Origin: Octopus vulgaris
Lineage: Eukaryota
Direction of reading: 5' to 3'
DNA length: 64,000 nt
Assembly: GCA_951406725.2 (NCBI GenBank)
Contig: OX597818.1
Coordinates: forward strand, 98,518,001 to 98,582,000
The notes below the pieces were generated by a model that saw only the letters and a program-made list of their open reading frames with translations, had not been told where the DNA came from and made no database searches. The translations under genes were made by a program, and so were the position numbers. Shown here in pieces: positions 15,783-30,460 of the stretch. The first letter of the stretch is position 1, and each line of letters opens with the position of its first letter.

Positions 15783-16600
15783 AGTATTTTCGGCACCCAC
15801 TTTGAGTTAGTTTATAATTTTTAATAAGATTTAATTAGTATTTCATTCTAATCTTTCTAAGGTAATTGTTATGGCTTTTTAAGTATGTTTAGTAAATTGT
15901 TTGAATTAAGGAAACTTTACTCATAGTACTAATTTTCCAGTGGACCCAGTATAAACTGTACTCATATAGTGCCAATATATTCTCTTAAATTGTTTATATA
16001 ATGATAGCAATCTTCTAACTTTATTGATTATGTATTGATTATTAATCATATTTATCATACTGTGGCATCTTGTGAGTTTTATTGATAATAATTAACGTGA
16101 TTTGGTCTTAAATATTAACCTCCTAATTGTGATTTTTTCTGTGAATATTAGCGTACCCATAAGATGGTTTTTGTTGCGTACCTGTATAAATCTAATTATT
16201 ACCACAATTAGCTATATATGAGATTGTCCAAATTCATTTCCTTGTAGCTTTGATAGGTCGCTGAATTACCTGTACTAGTTGCATCCCCTTAACTATAACC
16301 CGAGGCTACTTACTCTTCGACCGTTCCCTCATGCATGTTATAACGTTAAGCTGCTGAAGGACATAAGCGGCCCCGCACCACTTATATCATTGTCTTCTCC
16401 CCCGGACCCTTTATTTTTTCCTATTTATCTTTATTGACATATCCATTGTAACGATTTTAACTTGTGACCTCGGTTCAAATTATAACTGACCACTTGTAGA
16501 GACCGCTGGACTTAGACTTGCGCCATTGTGGTCCATAGGTGGGATTCTCGGTAATATTTCTGAGCACACTTTCTTAAGCACCCTACAGTAATGTTTTGGA

Positions 16601-16786
<186 letters not shown>

Positions 16787-17481
16787 GCCGTCCATCCATA
16801 CATTCATTTATCTGAAGGAGCCTTGGATCTAGGTTAGAAACCGGCTCTTTCTGTATTGGCAAGAGCAATCTTGAAATAAAACTAAATAATGACATACATA
16901 CATACATACATACATACATACATACATACATACATACATACATACATACATACATACATACATGTTCGTGATATGAAATCACCGTAACTTTCCTCATATA
17001 AACATCATCTAGGCGAAACCTAAACATCTGACCACAGACTCTGTTAAGAGAGATCTTGAATCCATTGTCTGATGGAAGATACAAATACTGAATCTATTAA
17101 AAGCACGTTTCCAAAATCCCTACACACAGCCAAGAAATTATATTGCCTCAACTTCCGCACCGATTGTCATACTGAACGCACAATAAAGCTTCAAATTCGT
17201 TACAAATGCAACACCACAATCATTCATAAACCCTCCTCTAGTAATTTCATGTTCACAACATAGAGCTAGATATTTTATCTAGAAGACTAACCTTCTTCAT
17301 TACTTCAGTAATCAACAGTTGCTGACACATGTAAATCTCAAATAGAACGATCCATGAACATACTGGACCACATACAAAAAAAAATAGCCATCTGGTCTAT
17401 TGGGATTGAGTTACTCAGCAATGCTCATCAGATTCTAATCCACAAACACGCTGACTTATCAGTCACTCTGTCGCTCATACC

Positions 17482-18285
17482 TATTTCTTTACTACCCACA
17501 AGGGGTTACACACAGAGAGGACAAACAAGGACAGACAAACGGATTAAGTCGATTATATCGACCCCAGTGCGTAACTGGTATTTATTTAATCGACCCCGAA
17601 AGGATGAAAGGCCAAGTCGACCTCGGCGGAATTTGAACTCAGAACGTAGCGGCAGGCAAAATACCTATTTCTATTCCTTTACTACCCACAGGGGGCTACA
17701 CACAGAGAGGACAAACAAGGACAGACAAACGGATTAAGTCGATTATATCGACCCCAGTGCGTAACTGGTATTTATTTAATCGATCCCGAAAGGATGAAAG
17801 GCCAAGTCGACCTCGGCGGAATTTGAACTCAGAACGTAGCGGCAGGCAAAATACCTATTTCTATTTCTTTACTACCCACAAGGGGCTAAACACAGAGAGG
17901 ATAAACAAGGACAGACAAACGGATTAAGTCGATTATATCGACCCCAGTGCGTAACTGGTATTTATTTAATCGACCCCGAAAGGATGAAAGGCAAAGTCGA
18001 CCTCGGCGGAATTTGAACTCAGAACGTAGCGGCAGGCAAAATACCTATTTCTCTTTCTTTACTACCCACAAGGGGCTACACACAGAGAGGACAAACAAGG
18101 ACAGACAAACGGATTAAGTCGATTACATCGACCCCAGTGCGTAACTGGTATTTATTTAATCGATCCCGAAAGGATGAAAGGCAAAGTCGACCTCGGCGGA
18201 ATTTTGAACTCAGAACGTAGCGGCAGACGAAATACGGCTAAGCATTTCGCCCGGTGTGTTAAACGATTCTGCCAGCTCGCCGCCT
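17482..18285 (-). mobile_element. Tetrameric SINE family A (one head plus four 190-bp bodies) within one TSD
   Basis: ACTACCCACA at 17491, 17681, 17871, 18061; TSD TCTGTC(G/A)CTCATACC at 17467-17481 and 18287-18301. Confidence 0.88.
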
Positions 18286-18899
18286 TTCTGTCACTCATAC
18301 CACCATTACTATGACGTCTGTTCCTCATAAGTAACCGTTACGTATCAACAATCGATCTCCATGTTGTACACTCCCATCATTTAAATAACGTTACCCAACC
18401 TCTGAGCCTTGTACTGACAAATATGTCAGCCCTTCCCCGTCAGACCGTTTACTCCTTGGAATTCCCCACCTCCACCACGACCACTGTACATAATTTCTTT
18501 TTTATCCTACGGTCGTAGACCTGCATTTGTTCGTAATAAATATCAATAACACCAACCACGCCAGTCTCGGAATGTATGCAAATGTCGTAAAGGAAACAGC
18601 TTCCGCTTAACAACACCAGCTCTGTGTCTGTCTGTCTGTCTGCCAGTCCGTGCGTGTGCGTGTGCGTGTGTCTTTTCGCTTTATTCATTATAACATAGCC
18701 AGTTGTTTTCACAGAAAACATCTGCCTATGTTGTAAGGAAACAATAAACCGAATGTGCCAACTGTTTGTGATGGTTTATTTTCTAATATTATAATTAAAG
18801 TGAATTGGTTCCAATACTCAATTTAAATATTATGTCTTTATATAATTAGATATATGCAGATATAGTGAGAGACACAGACAGATAGACAGACAAACAGAC

Positions 18900-18930
<31 letters not shown>

Positions 18931-19294
18931 TAGACAGACAGATAGACATATATCAATACATATATACGCATAAATTTCGTATAGAAAATTAATTACATGA
19001 CATTGGCAGTCTTGAAGGTGTTGTAGAAATCACTTGTTCAAAGTACCGCACAGTTGGATTGAACTCGGATCCACGAGGCAATAAGTGAACTTCTTAACTT
19101 CACAGCCATACCTACAGGTCCAAACCATACAAACATATAAACATACATACATATGTACGTACATACCTCTATTCATACCTACATAAATATATACATGCAT
19201 GCATAGATATACACATACATGCATGCATACACGCATACATACAGACATACAAACATACATACATGCATGCAAGCATACATACATACCTACATGC

Positions 19295-19325
<31 letters not shown>

Positions 19326-20319
19326 CATGCATGAACGCATACATACACACATTCATGCATGCATGCTTACATACATGCATACATACATGCATACATACAT
19401 ACATAACGAAGACAAACTTTAAGGGCCGTTAGGCCATGATGAACGCCTGGGAGAAATTTTTAAAGGAATTGGAATAAATAGAAGAGAAAAAATGTTGGGA
19501 GGCGAGAAAAAGGACTCCAGCCCGGTGGACGTCTTGACCAGAAAAGACAGAGGCAGAGAAATAGCCTGTAGTCACGTATGAGCAACCGACAGAGTGGAAG
19601 GAGTGTAAGAGAGTGGATGAGGGAAAGAAATAAAGGGAGTGAGAAGGGGAAAAAAACGAAAGATAGTAAGGAGTGGGAGAAAGAGGACAGCAAAGAAGGA
19701 GGGGGAGAAACAGGAACTATGGAGAATTATAGAGGGATAGAGAGAAAAAAGGAAACAGAGTGTGGAGTCGCAGAAATTATATATAATTGTAAGAATTTAT
19801 TGTGGACAAGGCTGCGTGGAGTTCGATTATAAATAAATTTTAAAAATATACATTAAGTACAGGACGTTACCAACGAGTGAAACATACATAAACACACGAG
19901 AGATACAGGACAAAATATCAAAAGAAGATAAATCGCTCATCAGTTGTCGACTGGCTAACGAAAATTGATAGCCATAAGAATGATTTTGTTGTTGTCACTA
20001 AGCCGTCAACAATTTGAGACAAGTCACTGGACGACCACACATACTATTTCTAATTATATGTAACTTAATTTCAAGACTATCTTACGTTGATCACCATTAA
20101 TTAATAAGCTGATGATTATAGTCGTATTTTACCATACTGAGTATAACTTCAATTATCAGTTTTGTTTTTGCTTTCTACATTACATTATGTTAGTGGCCAA
20201 ATAAAGAAATTAGAGTGTCGTATGCGCAGCCATATATTATACAGAGAGTCCTAGAAGCTATTAAGAAGAGAGATCGTTGGATTACGTGTTGGGGATTTGA
20301 ACTCTCTTTACTCTCTCTT

Positions 20320-20720
20320 TTACTCTTTTACTTGTTTCAGTCATTTGACTTCGGCCATGCTGGAGCACCGCCTTTAGTCGAACAAATCGGTCCCAGGACA
20401 TATTTTTTGTAAGCCCAGCACTTAATCTATCAGTTTCTCTTTCGCCGAACCGCCAAGTTACGGGGACGCAAACACACCACCATCGGCTTCAAGAGATGTT
20501 GGGGGGACAAACACAGACACACAAACACACACACACATAGATATATACATATATACGACGGGCTTCTTTCAGTTTCCGTCTACCAAATCCACTCACAAGG
20601 CTTTGGTCGGCCCGAGGCTATAGTAGTAGACACTTGCCAAAGTGACATGCTGTGGGACTGAACCCGGAACCATGTGGTTGGTAAGCAAGCTACTTACCAC
20701 ACAGCTACTCCTGCGCCTAT
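20320..20720 (-). mobile_element. tRNA/CORE-like SINE family B (further copies at about 2577-2966, 2975-3292, 5575-5945, 14400-14542, 24100-24520, 50770-51075, 51830-52235, 63443-63840)
   Basis: Family head AGGCGCAGGAGTGGCTGTGTGG, B-box GGTTCAGTCCC, CORE-like (CC)TTGGGCAAGTG, internal (TG)n, tail GACTGAAACAAGTAAAAGAG. Confidence 0.85.
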
Positions 20721-20968
20721 CTGTTGGTGAATGAATATATGATAAGTCTGCAACAACAGTAAAACATCATAACAGTCCTATTGCAAAGTTTGGCCGGCCA
20801 GAAACTTTAATGCACTACAAACATAAGATCGTGGGTTCGATTCCTTGACCCGGGTGTTCGTTATATACTTGAGCAAAGCTCTTCATTTCAATTCGTTCCA
20901 GCCTACTCAGCTGAACGTGTGCACTAGCCAAATGCTGACTGGTGTTGTTCTGTCTTCGTCCATGAGGT

Positions 20969-22097
20969 GCAGGATGAGTGTACATACTTGGATTGGTGGC
21001 GGGCAAGGAGTAAAAGAATGCTCTACACAAATTGAGAAAGAAAGAGTTATTGCGACACAGGAAATGGGAGAGGGAGTAAGTGGCAGTAGCTTCGCCAGGT
21101 TAAGATTAGAAAGGTTGCGAAAGTGTTTACATAGACACCAGAAGCAATTGAAAGAAGTACAGCACATGTTAATACAATCATACTCACTTATGAGTAATGG
21201 TATACAACTGTCACATGGTTGTGCAATGGCCCAGTGGTTAGGGCAGCAGACTCGCGGTCGTAGGATCGCGGTTTCGATTCCCAGGTCGGATGTTGTGAGT
21301 GTTTATTTAGCGAAAACACCTAAAGCTCCACGAAGCTCCGGCAGAGGGTGGTAGTGAACCCTGCTGTGCTGTTTTACCACAACTTTCTCTCACTCTTCCT
21401 TCCTGTTTCTGTTGTCCCTGTATTTCAAAGGGCCAGCTTTGTCGCACTCTGTGTCACGCTGAATCTCCCCGAGAACTACATTAAGGGTACACGTGTCTGA
21501 GGATTGCTCAGCCACTTGCACGTTAATTTCACGAGCGGACTGTTTAGTTGATCGGATCAACTAGAACCCTCGTTGTCGTAACCGCCGAAGGACCACCACA
21601 ACCGTCACACGCATACGGATATGACTTATATTCATTTTCAGCAGCTCGTAGTTACATAATTAGCTAAAATAATCAGTGAAAGGGTGGGACATGTTACCAT
21701 GCTATTACTCACTGGCGAGTGACAGATGTAGGCGTTAATTATGAACTACAATGGCACTTGTCATATAACGGGAAATTTTGGAAGTATATCTACCACCATG
21801 GATAACGTCATGAAAGATGGCAAGCATTCAATAACTATAATTTAACTTTTATCAAATGTATTGGTTCTTATACAACACTATGAAATGAATATCAATTTTT
21901 AAAGGAAAAATATTTATTACTTTAAAATATTAAATAAAACAAACTTCTTATTTGCATAACATCTTCCATTGCTACTTTCACTTACTCCTCTTCTTTCTCT
22001 TCCTGTGTCGCAATGATTCTTTCTTTCTCACTTTGTGTGTAGAGCATTCTTTTACTCCTTGCCTGCCACCAAGCCTAGTATGTACACTCATCCTGCC
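20969..22097. mobile_element. TIR DNA element of about 1.1 kb with ~60-bp inverted ends; a third TIR-like copy at about 23028
   Basis: GCAGGATGAGTGTACATACT...GGAGTAAAAGAATGCTCTACACA and its reverse complement at 22035-22097. Confidence 0.55.
21218..21600 (+). mobile_element. tRNA-SINE family C (also 7165-7485, minus strand)
   Basis: A-box TGGCCCAGTGG, B-box-like GGTTTCGATTCC; body shared with 7165-7485. Confidence 0.75.
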
Positions 22098-24207
22098 CCC
22101 TTCCTCTTGTTAACTCTCTATATATCTCTACTCTTTATTCCCCTCTCCCTTTACGAAGTAAAGAATGACGGGCGAAATCAACCAACCAACCAATCATTAT
22201 AATATCGGCTGTTATTTCATAGAGATGTCAGACTTATTCGTATTTCTCACAGCCTAGTTCATTGTGCGATAAAGTAGTAGGAATATACAGTGGGCTAAAA
22301 CCAGTTTAGATCTATTGTAGGCGACTAGAATCAAGAAAAGGTGTACGTGCTTGTCAGACAATGTTTTGTATCTAAAAAGTTGGGGCCACGTTGTTTGGAA
22401 GTTTGTTTCTGAGAGAGCGTCACTAGAAGGTCGTGTGTAACGACAATGTCATGTTTATTCATATCTCATTAACGATTGTTCTGAAAAGTGGTCATAAGGT
22501 CGAACGGAATTTGGTTGCTATTTCTAACCGGACCAGCAACCACGTAGTGATTTTCTCGTTGGCTGGAGTTCATAAAATATGTACATCTAATGCATTGGAA
22601 TAGGCCTAATATAGTATAGTTCATAATTGTTTATGATAGTTTATAAGTTTTTATTGCGTGAAAGTATGTGAATTTGGGATAAGGATGTAATTGTAAGGTC
22701 GTCGGTTCGATTCCTGAACTGGACGGTGCGTTGCGTCTTTGGGCAAACCACTCCATTTTTTTGTTGCCTCAGTCTATTAAACTACTCTTAAAAATGAGTA
22801 CCAGACGAATACTGCTGCAGCCTCCTCCCTTTCCACCTCTCACATTGAGAATAGTTTCACCGCTTGACTGGTGTTCATTTTCAGCTGAGTGAGAAGACCG
22901 AGAGGATGTCTTTGTCTCTTCGTAACTACGTATATAGGTACCTAAAGCAATTAGTAAAATAAAGTATATAATAGAGGGGAATAAAGAGTAAAAGAGATAC
23001 ATAGGGGGTTAACATGAGGTACAAGATAAGTGTACATACTAGGCTTGGTGGCAGGCATGGAGTAAAAAAAATGTTCTACACTCATACTCGCTTACAGTTG
23101 ACGGTTGTACTAGTTATTTATGAGTATCAGCTTTATTCGCATGTTTCCTTGTAGAGTGTGCTGGAAAATGCTCGGAAGATCATGAAAGAGACGCAGAAAA
23201 AAAAGAAAAGACCAATCGAAGCCCACCTCTGAATTAAATATCAAATTGTATTTTCTGCCTAAGACGGGAGGAACTAACTATTTTTTGGAGGCATTTTGCA
23301 TTGATTTACATACGCATGTATGATTCGGAGAAGGTTCTCTCATGAAAAATTCAAACTTTTAAACGATTGTTTTTTTGGATAGATCCCGAGGAAGAGGTCG
23401 CAGACCCTCTGAGACCCACGAGATCGGCCCGGTCAATATTCCCTTTGAACAGATACTTGCAATTCGATGACTGCAGGAATTCGATTCCAGAGAGTACTGA
23501 CATAACCTACAGGGGGTTCAAAACAGATGTAACTTCGATGAGATTGTAGTTAATTTATATCTAATTTAGATAATGAACCGGAGCCTATGCTATAGAATGG
23601 GATGCTTATAGATCTAACTTCGGTGAGACCGTAATCAATTTAGATCACTTGAGCGGACAAGGAGCTCATGCCACAGAATGGAGCGGATATAGAAGGCGTA
23701 GGAGTGGCTGTGTGGTAAGTAGCTTTCTTATAGATTATAGATTACTTTTTCGGGGCCCCAACTTGCGGATGCAGGGATGCCTGCAGGCCGCAAGAGAATT
23801 AATCGGGGACATGAGGTAAGAGATTCATCGCCTCAATATGTATCTAATTGTGTTTTTAATTGTAATAGACTTGCTAGTCCAAGAAATTGTAAAACATTGT
23901 AAATTGTAACAGGGTTATTACCTCAATATATGTTTTATTAAAAGAACAATGTTATAGAGAAGCAGAGGGTCGGCGGGCGCTTTCTGTCTTCTCCCATCCT
24001 TATCGTCTTGTATTATTATCATTCGCCTCATTAATGTCTTGTCCAGCCCGCAAAGCTATCTTCTTTGTACTGCCTCTATGGCAAATGAAATGAATAAAAG
24101 TAGCTTGCTTACCAACAACATGGTTCCGGGTTCAGTCCCACTGTAGCCTCGGGGCGACCAAAGCTTTGTGATTGGATTTGGTAGATGGAAACTGAAAGAA
24201 GCCCGTC

Positions 24208-24306
<99 letters not shown>

Positions 24307-24870
24307 TGTGTCTGTTTGTCCCCCCCAACATCGCTTGACATGCGATGCTTGTGTGTTTACGTCCCCGTCACTTAGCGGTTCGGCAAAAAGAACCCGATAG
24401 AATAAGTACTAGGCTTTAAAAAGAATAAGTCCTGGGGTCGATTTGCTCGACTAAAAAGTGGTGCTCCAGCATGGCCGCAGTGAAATGACTGAAACAAGTA
24501 AAAGAGTGAAAGAGTAAAAGAATAAGACTATAATAAATTTAGATCTTTTGTTAGCGGAACAGGAGTAGGAACAGGAGTTCATGCGAATGGACTAATCTTC
24601 TGAGCGCAAGGAGACGGGCTCTTTGCTTATGGGGGAAGGGCGTGTTTCAACCCACGCAAAGCTGGAATGATGTATGCAACAACGAGTGGCTAATCTCAGT
24701 CAGGAAAATCTGATTCCTTTCCATGTTGACTTGTTGACGGAAGAGTGATGAAGAGTGATGGTGAAAGGTTGGGATGATATACCCCATAGCATTAATTATC
24801 AAACGACTGCAATATTGCGCTCCAGAAAACAGAACGTCTAAGACATCTGCTCTTCCGATTTCAGGACACT

Positions 24871-24889
24871 AACAACAACAACAACAACA

Positions 24890-24971
<82 letters not shown>

Positions 24972-25176
24972 TTGCTACTACTGCTGCTGCTGCTGCTGTT
25001 GCTACTGCTGCTGTTGCTGCTGCTGTTGCTGATGCTGATGCTGTTGCTGCTGTTGCTGCTGTTGCTGCTGCTGCTGTTGTTGCTGCTGCTGCTGCTACTA
25101 CTGCTACTGTTACTACTACTGCTGCTGCTGCAACATTACTACTACTGCTGCTACTACTACTACTACTACTACTACT
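24871..25176. repeat. Compound trinucleotide microsatellite (AAC/CTA/CTG)
   Basis: Directly visible. Confidence 0.95.
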
Positions 25177-27763
25177 TTGTGAAAATAAACCAGGATGGAT
25201 ATGAGTGGAATGACTATGAAAATGAGTTTGCTCGAACAAGACTAACCTGGGGTTAAACGACAATAAATAACAACAACAACAACAGCAACAACAGGTGCAA
25301 CAGCAAATACAACAACAACGACAACTATTCTCGAGTATTTCCTCAATTGAAGCCATGTTTGCTTGGCCATGTAATTCTTTCTTTTCATTACAATTCTATT
25401 AACACATTTTTTTTCTCTCCCGTTCCTTCACCCGATTTTGCTTACAAATTTCACAAAGACACAAATACCATACCGTAAGACAAATTTATTTTCAATGTGT
25501 ATCCTTGTTCCCCCCACCCACAGTACCGCCACCTCACCCCAATCCGTCGACTTACGACGCACAGACATCATTATAAATGTCAAGATAAAAAAAAAATTCC
25601 AATTTGTTGTCAGAATTTGAACATAAACATAGGCAACAAACGGAAACCAAATTATGAAGTTAATGATGCTTTTAAGGGAATGAAACGGAGCGTGCATTTG
25701 GTTGATATAATTTCGTCTCTCTCTCTTCCTTTTATTATCATATATCAGTAATGCTTCAGTGCTTGTGAAATGTCGAGCCCATTGCCGTTATATGAAGAAA
25801 GTGACAGAGAGTGAGACAGAAAGAGAGAGAGGGAAAGGGGCAAGGAAAGTGTGGGTGGTGGTGGTGGTGGTAAGAGGGGCGAGAAATTACCAGAAGCGTT
25901 GACGGAAATCTGAAGGAAATTGAGGAAACAAGGTAAATGAATTGTTTGTTACTTGTAGCTTTAGTGGAGAAAATATTAGCTAAAGGAATGAGCTGGCTCT
26001 GCACATTGGAATAATTAACCATTAGTATAAAATTAGTTATAAGAATGTTCAATGTTGTGCATATCCGCAAAAGTATAATGAATAAAATGCATCTTCCGAT
26101 TGTGTCATTGCTCCATACTTAATCCCAACTTCGGCGATGGTTAACATAGTAAAGAGCATTATTTCCCTTTAAAGCCATTGTATATCTTATCGAGGCTATG
26201 AAGGAGGAACGGACGGGTTGTGTTTGTAAGTGGTTTTTGTATATAGAAAGTTTAACTAAAGTTGTTTCAGGTTGAGGGATGCTGGAGGGATGTGAGTACG
26301 ACAGCGCTAGGGTTTATCCATGTCTCATAGACAAATGTTCCAGAACGTGGTCATAAGACTGAAAAGAATTTTGTTGGTATTTCTAATAGGACCAGTGACT
26401 AGGTAGAGATTTCCTCATAGGCTGGAGTTAATAAAATAAGTACGTGTAATGTACTGGAATATCGATATTGTTCGTTATTTGTAATTGTGTGAGAGCTTGG
26501 GTGAGCTAAGGATTTAGAAATAAAATATAAAACAAAACAAAAAAAAAAAGCAAGCAGAAAAAAAGAAATATACTCTCTAGAAAACGACACATACGTTCAA
26601 CTAACATCACAGAAACAGATATTTCAACAAAACCGCCCTCAGCCTCAGTGACGGCCCCGGTGCGACTATGGAAGCGATTGATTGTACGAGAGGACCAGAT
26701 GGCACCCCACCCTTGCTACTCGTCATACCCATGACAATAACCCGCAACAAGTACTTAATACTAACAATGCTATAGACTAGAAGACCACATAATGTTAGGG
26801 ATCAAAAGAGTATACAGTTCTTTTGGGGTTTGCTTGACACAACCTGCTCTCTGTTACATAGGACTTGTATCTAATGCCCTCATGCATCATATGTCTAATA
26901 GCGGGCTCCACTATCTTGAGCTTCTCGGTGATGGCTCTCATCAATTGACTGAAGTTGTTGAGGATGTTCTGGACGTGTGAAGCAAACGCGGCCGCTCTGA
27001 TGACATTTGACCTTTAGTAATGTTTCTTCCTTTCGGCCAGCCAACTCTAAGCTAACTCTGAGCATGAAGAACCCGGTCACACTCAAGAATCTAGCGATCC
27101 CTGAGTCGCTATGGTTGGCAACTAAAGCCACGAGTATGAGCCATTTTATTTGCAGTTGATGCCGTCGACACATCTGAGAGAAAAAAGAGAAACAAATATT
27201 GCGCAAAACCGCCTCAGTTTATTGTCTTCTTAATTTTCTAAAGCTTGTTCTTAAATACTCACTACGCCATCATATTTTTTATCCCTACCCTTATTGGGAT
27301 GCAAGGTAGAGTTGTTTTTCTGACGATGGAGAAATTGTTAATCTAGAAAGGTACTCGGTTTTAAACTTATCTGAAGTCTGTTATAATTATATTTCCTAAG
27401 CAATGGTAACACCGGTTACCAGTATGATATTTAGTGAATATTTTTGTTTAGTTCACTTTACCAACATAAACATATTTATGTTTTTCCTCAGTACATCATT
27501 TCTAATTCCTCCCCTATAAGTAGTAGTAGCAGCAGCAGTAGCTGCAGTAGTGACCTTTGTTGCAATAATGCACTAGGAGTGGGTGAATCAGTTACATCGA
27601 TTACATTGACCCCAGAGTTCAATTGGCACTTATTTTATCAACTCCGAAAGGGTGAAAGGCAAAGTCGACTTCGGTGGAATTTAAACTCAAAACGGAAAGA
27701 CGAAAGAAATGCCGTTAAGCATTTTGTCCGACGTGCTAGCGATTCTGCAAGCTCACCGATTTA

Positions 27764-27799
<36 letters not shown>

Positions 27800-28490
27800 T
27801 TAATAATAATAATACTTTCTACTATAGGCACAAGGCTTGAAATTTGGGGTGAGATGGCTAGTCGATTACATTCATTCAAGTACTCCACTGGTACTTATTT
27901 TATCGATCCCCAAAGAATGAAAGGCAAAATTGACCTCGGTGGAATTTGAACTCAGAACGTAGAACCTGAAGAAATGCCGCTGAACATTTTGTCCGGCGTG
28001 CTAAAGATTCTGCCAGCTGACCGTCCTTAATGTTTCAAATTTTGGCACAAAACGAGCGAATTTCAGTGGGAAGGTGTGAGTCAATTACTTACAATTGGCT
28101 CTAGTACTCAACCGGTACTTCATTTTATCGACCTGGAATATTTGCGGGCTTTGAGCTCAGATCCTAATGAGTCATAAGAAATACTGCTAAGACATTTTTC
28201 TGAGTAATGTTTTTGCCAAATTCTGCCGAAAGTCGATCGTGATATTTCGGTCACAACTTGACTACTATACAGTCACACCACCACAATAAGACTTGTATCT
28301 TTGTTAAAAACCACGTGGTAACAACTATCAGGTGCATCTGTTTCCGTTTGTGAACAAAAGAAAAATAAAATAAAATGTCACAAAGATATTTCAACAGCTT
28401 GTTAAACATACGTGACACTGAACGTGTTCACGATTAAGGAATTTTTTTAAAACGAATGATTGAATTTGTACATAAAGGAGATTTTCTAGT

Positions 28491-28529
<39 letters not shown>

Positions 28530-28918
28530 GTCTTTCTTTTTTTCTTTATGATGATGATGATGATTATATAGGTCCTGAAAACCAAGTGTATGAGATCTAG
28601 CACTTTCGAGACATTCCACAAATCTACTGAAGCATGAGTCTAATAAAAAAAAAATGAATGAATGGAAAAATAAATGATAAAAAAACCTCCATTAAAAATT
28701 TACTTTTTATTATGAAATAATTGCAGTGTTATAAATGTAATAGGAGACGTAAATAAGCGAACAGAAGACTTGTAATTTCATATGTTGACTTTAGAGAAAC
28801 CTGTATATGTACGCATGTATGTATGTATGTATGTATGTATGTATGTATGTATGTATGTATGTATGTATGTATGCATGCATGCATGCATGCATGCATGTAT
28901 GTATGTGTATGAATATTT

Positions 28919-29266
28919 GGGTATCTTTACCTTTTGACCTACAGATCTAAAAAATAATTTTTTGTAACACACTTTCAATCTTCGGACACTGGTATAATGT
29001 GTCATATAAAACATCTTTTACTCTTAGAATTTTTGAGAAAAACTTATATTTACGAAGTTAATTCACGTTAAGTTGTCCTATATCGGTAATTTCAACCAAT
29101 CAATGACGTGTATTCAGTTGAATAAAATTACTGCCGTTGTTTGTCAACAAGAACTTCCGGTGGTGTATATGTGTTTTATATGACACATTCTACCAGTGTC
29201 CGAAGTTTGAAAGTGTTTAGTTACAAAAAATATTTTTTAAATCTGTAGGTCAAAAGGTAAAGATCC
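28919..29266. mobile_element. MITE with ~95-bp TIRs
   Basis: ATCTTTACCTTTTGACCTACAGAT...CGGACACTGGTA...TCATATAAAACA mirrored at 29170-29266; ATATTT on both flanks. Confidence 0.8.
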
Positions 29267-29376
29267 ATATTTGGTGACCGGTAAGTTCCACCACGGAAAA
29301 TTCCACCAGGTAAATTTCATCGTAGGTAAATTCCACCACGGTATATTCCACCAAGGTAAAAATCACTGTAGGTGAA

Positions 29377-29423
<47 letters not shown>

Positions 29424-29689
29424 CATTATTATTATTATATGGTATTATATGGGTTACGATAATATGGAAATAAAAAAGCATGCATAAAAATAATATCAAT
29501 AATGTCAATGAATACAAAAAATAGGAGGGAGAAAAAAAATAATTAAGGAACAACCACACAAAGAAATACACGGTGAATATTTTAAACACCCGAATGAGGA
29601 AGCAGTATAAAAAAGAGACTCATTGAAATTTATAAAACAAAGCAAGTACTTAATGATAGATAAAAATATTATATACTATTTACAAGGCA

Positions 29690-30460
29690 GAAACAACTAT
29701 TATGGAAGAAAAAAGGGCATGCAGATATTGTAAGAAACAACGGAAATATCGAACATATGGCAATACAATGTGGAAAAATAGCACGCAGGAAATATAAAGA
29801 GAGGCAGCTGATGTAACCAAGATAATCTTTGCGAACCTACTACAGCAATATAACATCAAAAACGTAGAAAATCAGAAACGTGCAAATAGAAAAGGTAATA
29901 ACAACTGAAATAATAACACCAAACCATATAGAATACAATAAACTCGATATTACAATATTTGACCACGAAAGAAAAGAAATAGTAATTATCGAAGTTGGAA
30001 TAACATCGACAATAAACTGAACGAAGTCGAAATGACAAAAATACAAAAGTATAATAGACTTGTTGAGACGCAATGGCCCAGTTGAGGCGCAATGGCAGCG
30101 GACCTCGCGGTCGGATGATCGCGGTTTCGATTCCCAGACCGGGCGTTGTGTGTGTTTATTGAGCGAAAACACATAAAGCTCCACGAGGCTCCAGGAGGTG
30201 GTGGTGACCCCTATTGTACTCTTTCGCCCTAACTTTCTCTCACTCTCTCTTCCTGTTTCTTGAGTAACGCTGCGATGGACTGGCGTCCCGTCCAGCTGGG
30301 GGGAACACGTACGCCACAGAAACCGGAAAACCGGGCCCATGAGCCTGGCTAGGCTTGAAAAGGGCGCATAAATAAAATAATAATAGACTTGCTAAAGAAA
30401 TTAAACAGATGAATGGATATAAGGTTAAAATAATACCATTTATAATACCTTGGGATGGAT
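29690..30460 (+). pseudogene. Degraded CCHC + restriction-like endonuclease domain of an R2-group non-LTR element
   Basis: Manual translation: CRYCK...YNKLDITIFDHERKEIVIIEVGIT.../...TKIQKYNRL[SINE]AKEIKQMNGYKVKIIPFIIPWDG. Confidence 0.7.
30063..30379 (+). mobile_element. SINE family C variant with TSD (related copies at 54225-54455, 57230-57475, 57552-57795)
   Basis: TSD ATAATAGACTTG at 30051-30062 and 30380-30391; tail GAGCCTGGCTAGGCTTGAAAAGGGCGCATAAATAAA. Confidence 0.8.

Noticed and set aside
17482-18285. Regular repeats resembling a CRISPR array or satellite
   Set aside because: No unique spacers; the units are SINE bodies in eukaryotic context
19930-19950. CTGATGA on the minus strand (also at ~51205)
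   Set aside because: No matching GAAA or stem III downstream
24841-24861. AGACATCTGCTCTTCCGATTT, similar to an Illumina adapter
   Set aside because: Three mismatches and no further adapter sequence; likely chance
25428-25960. Unique sequence with splice-donor-like motifs (possible host exon)
   Set aside because: No recognisable protein and no supportable exon structure without RNA data
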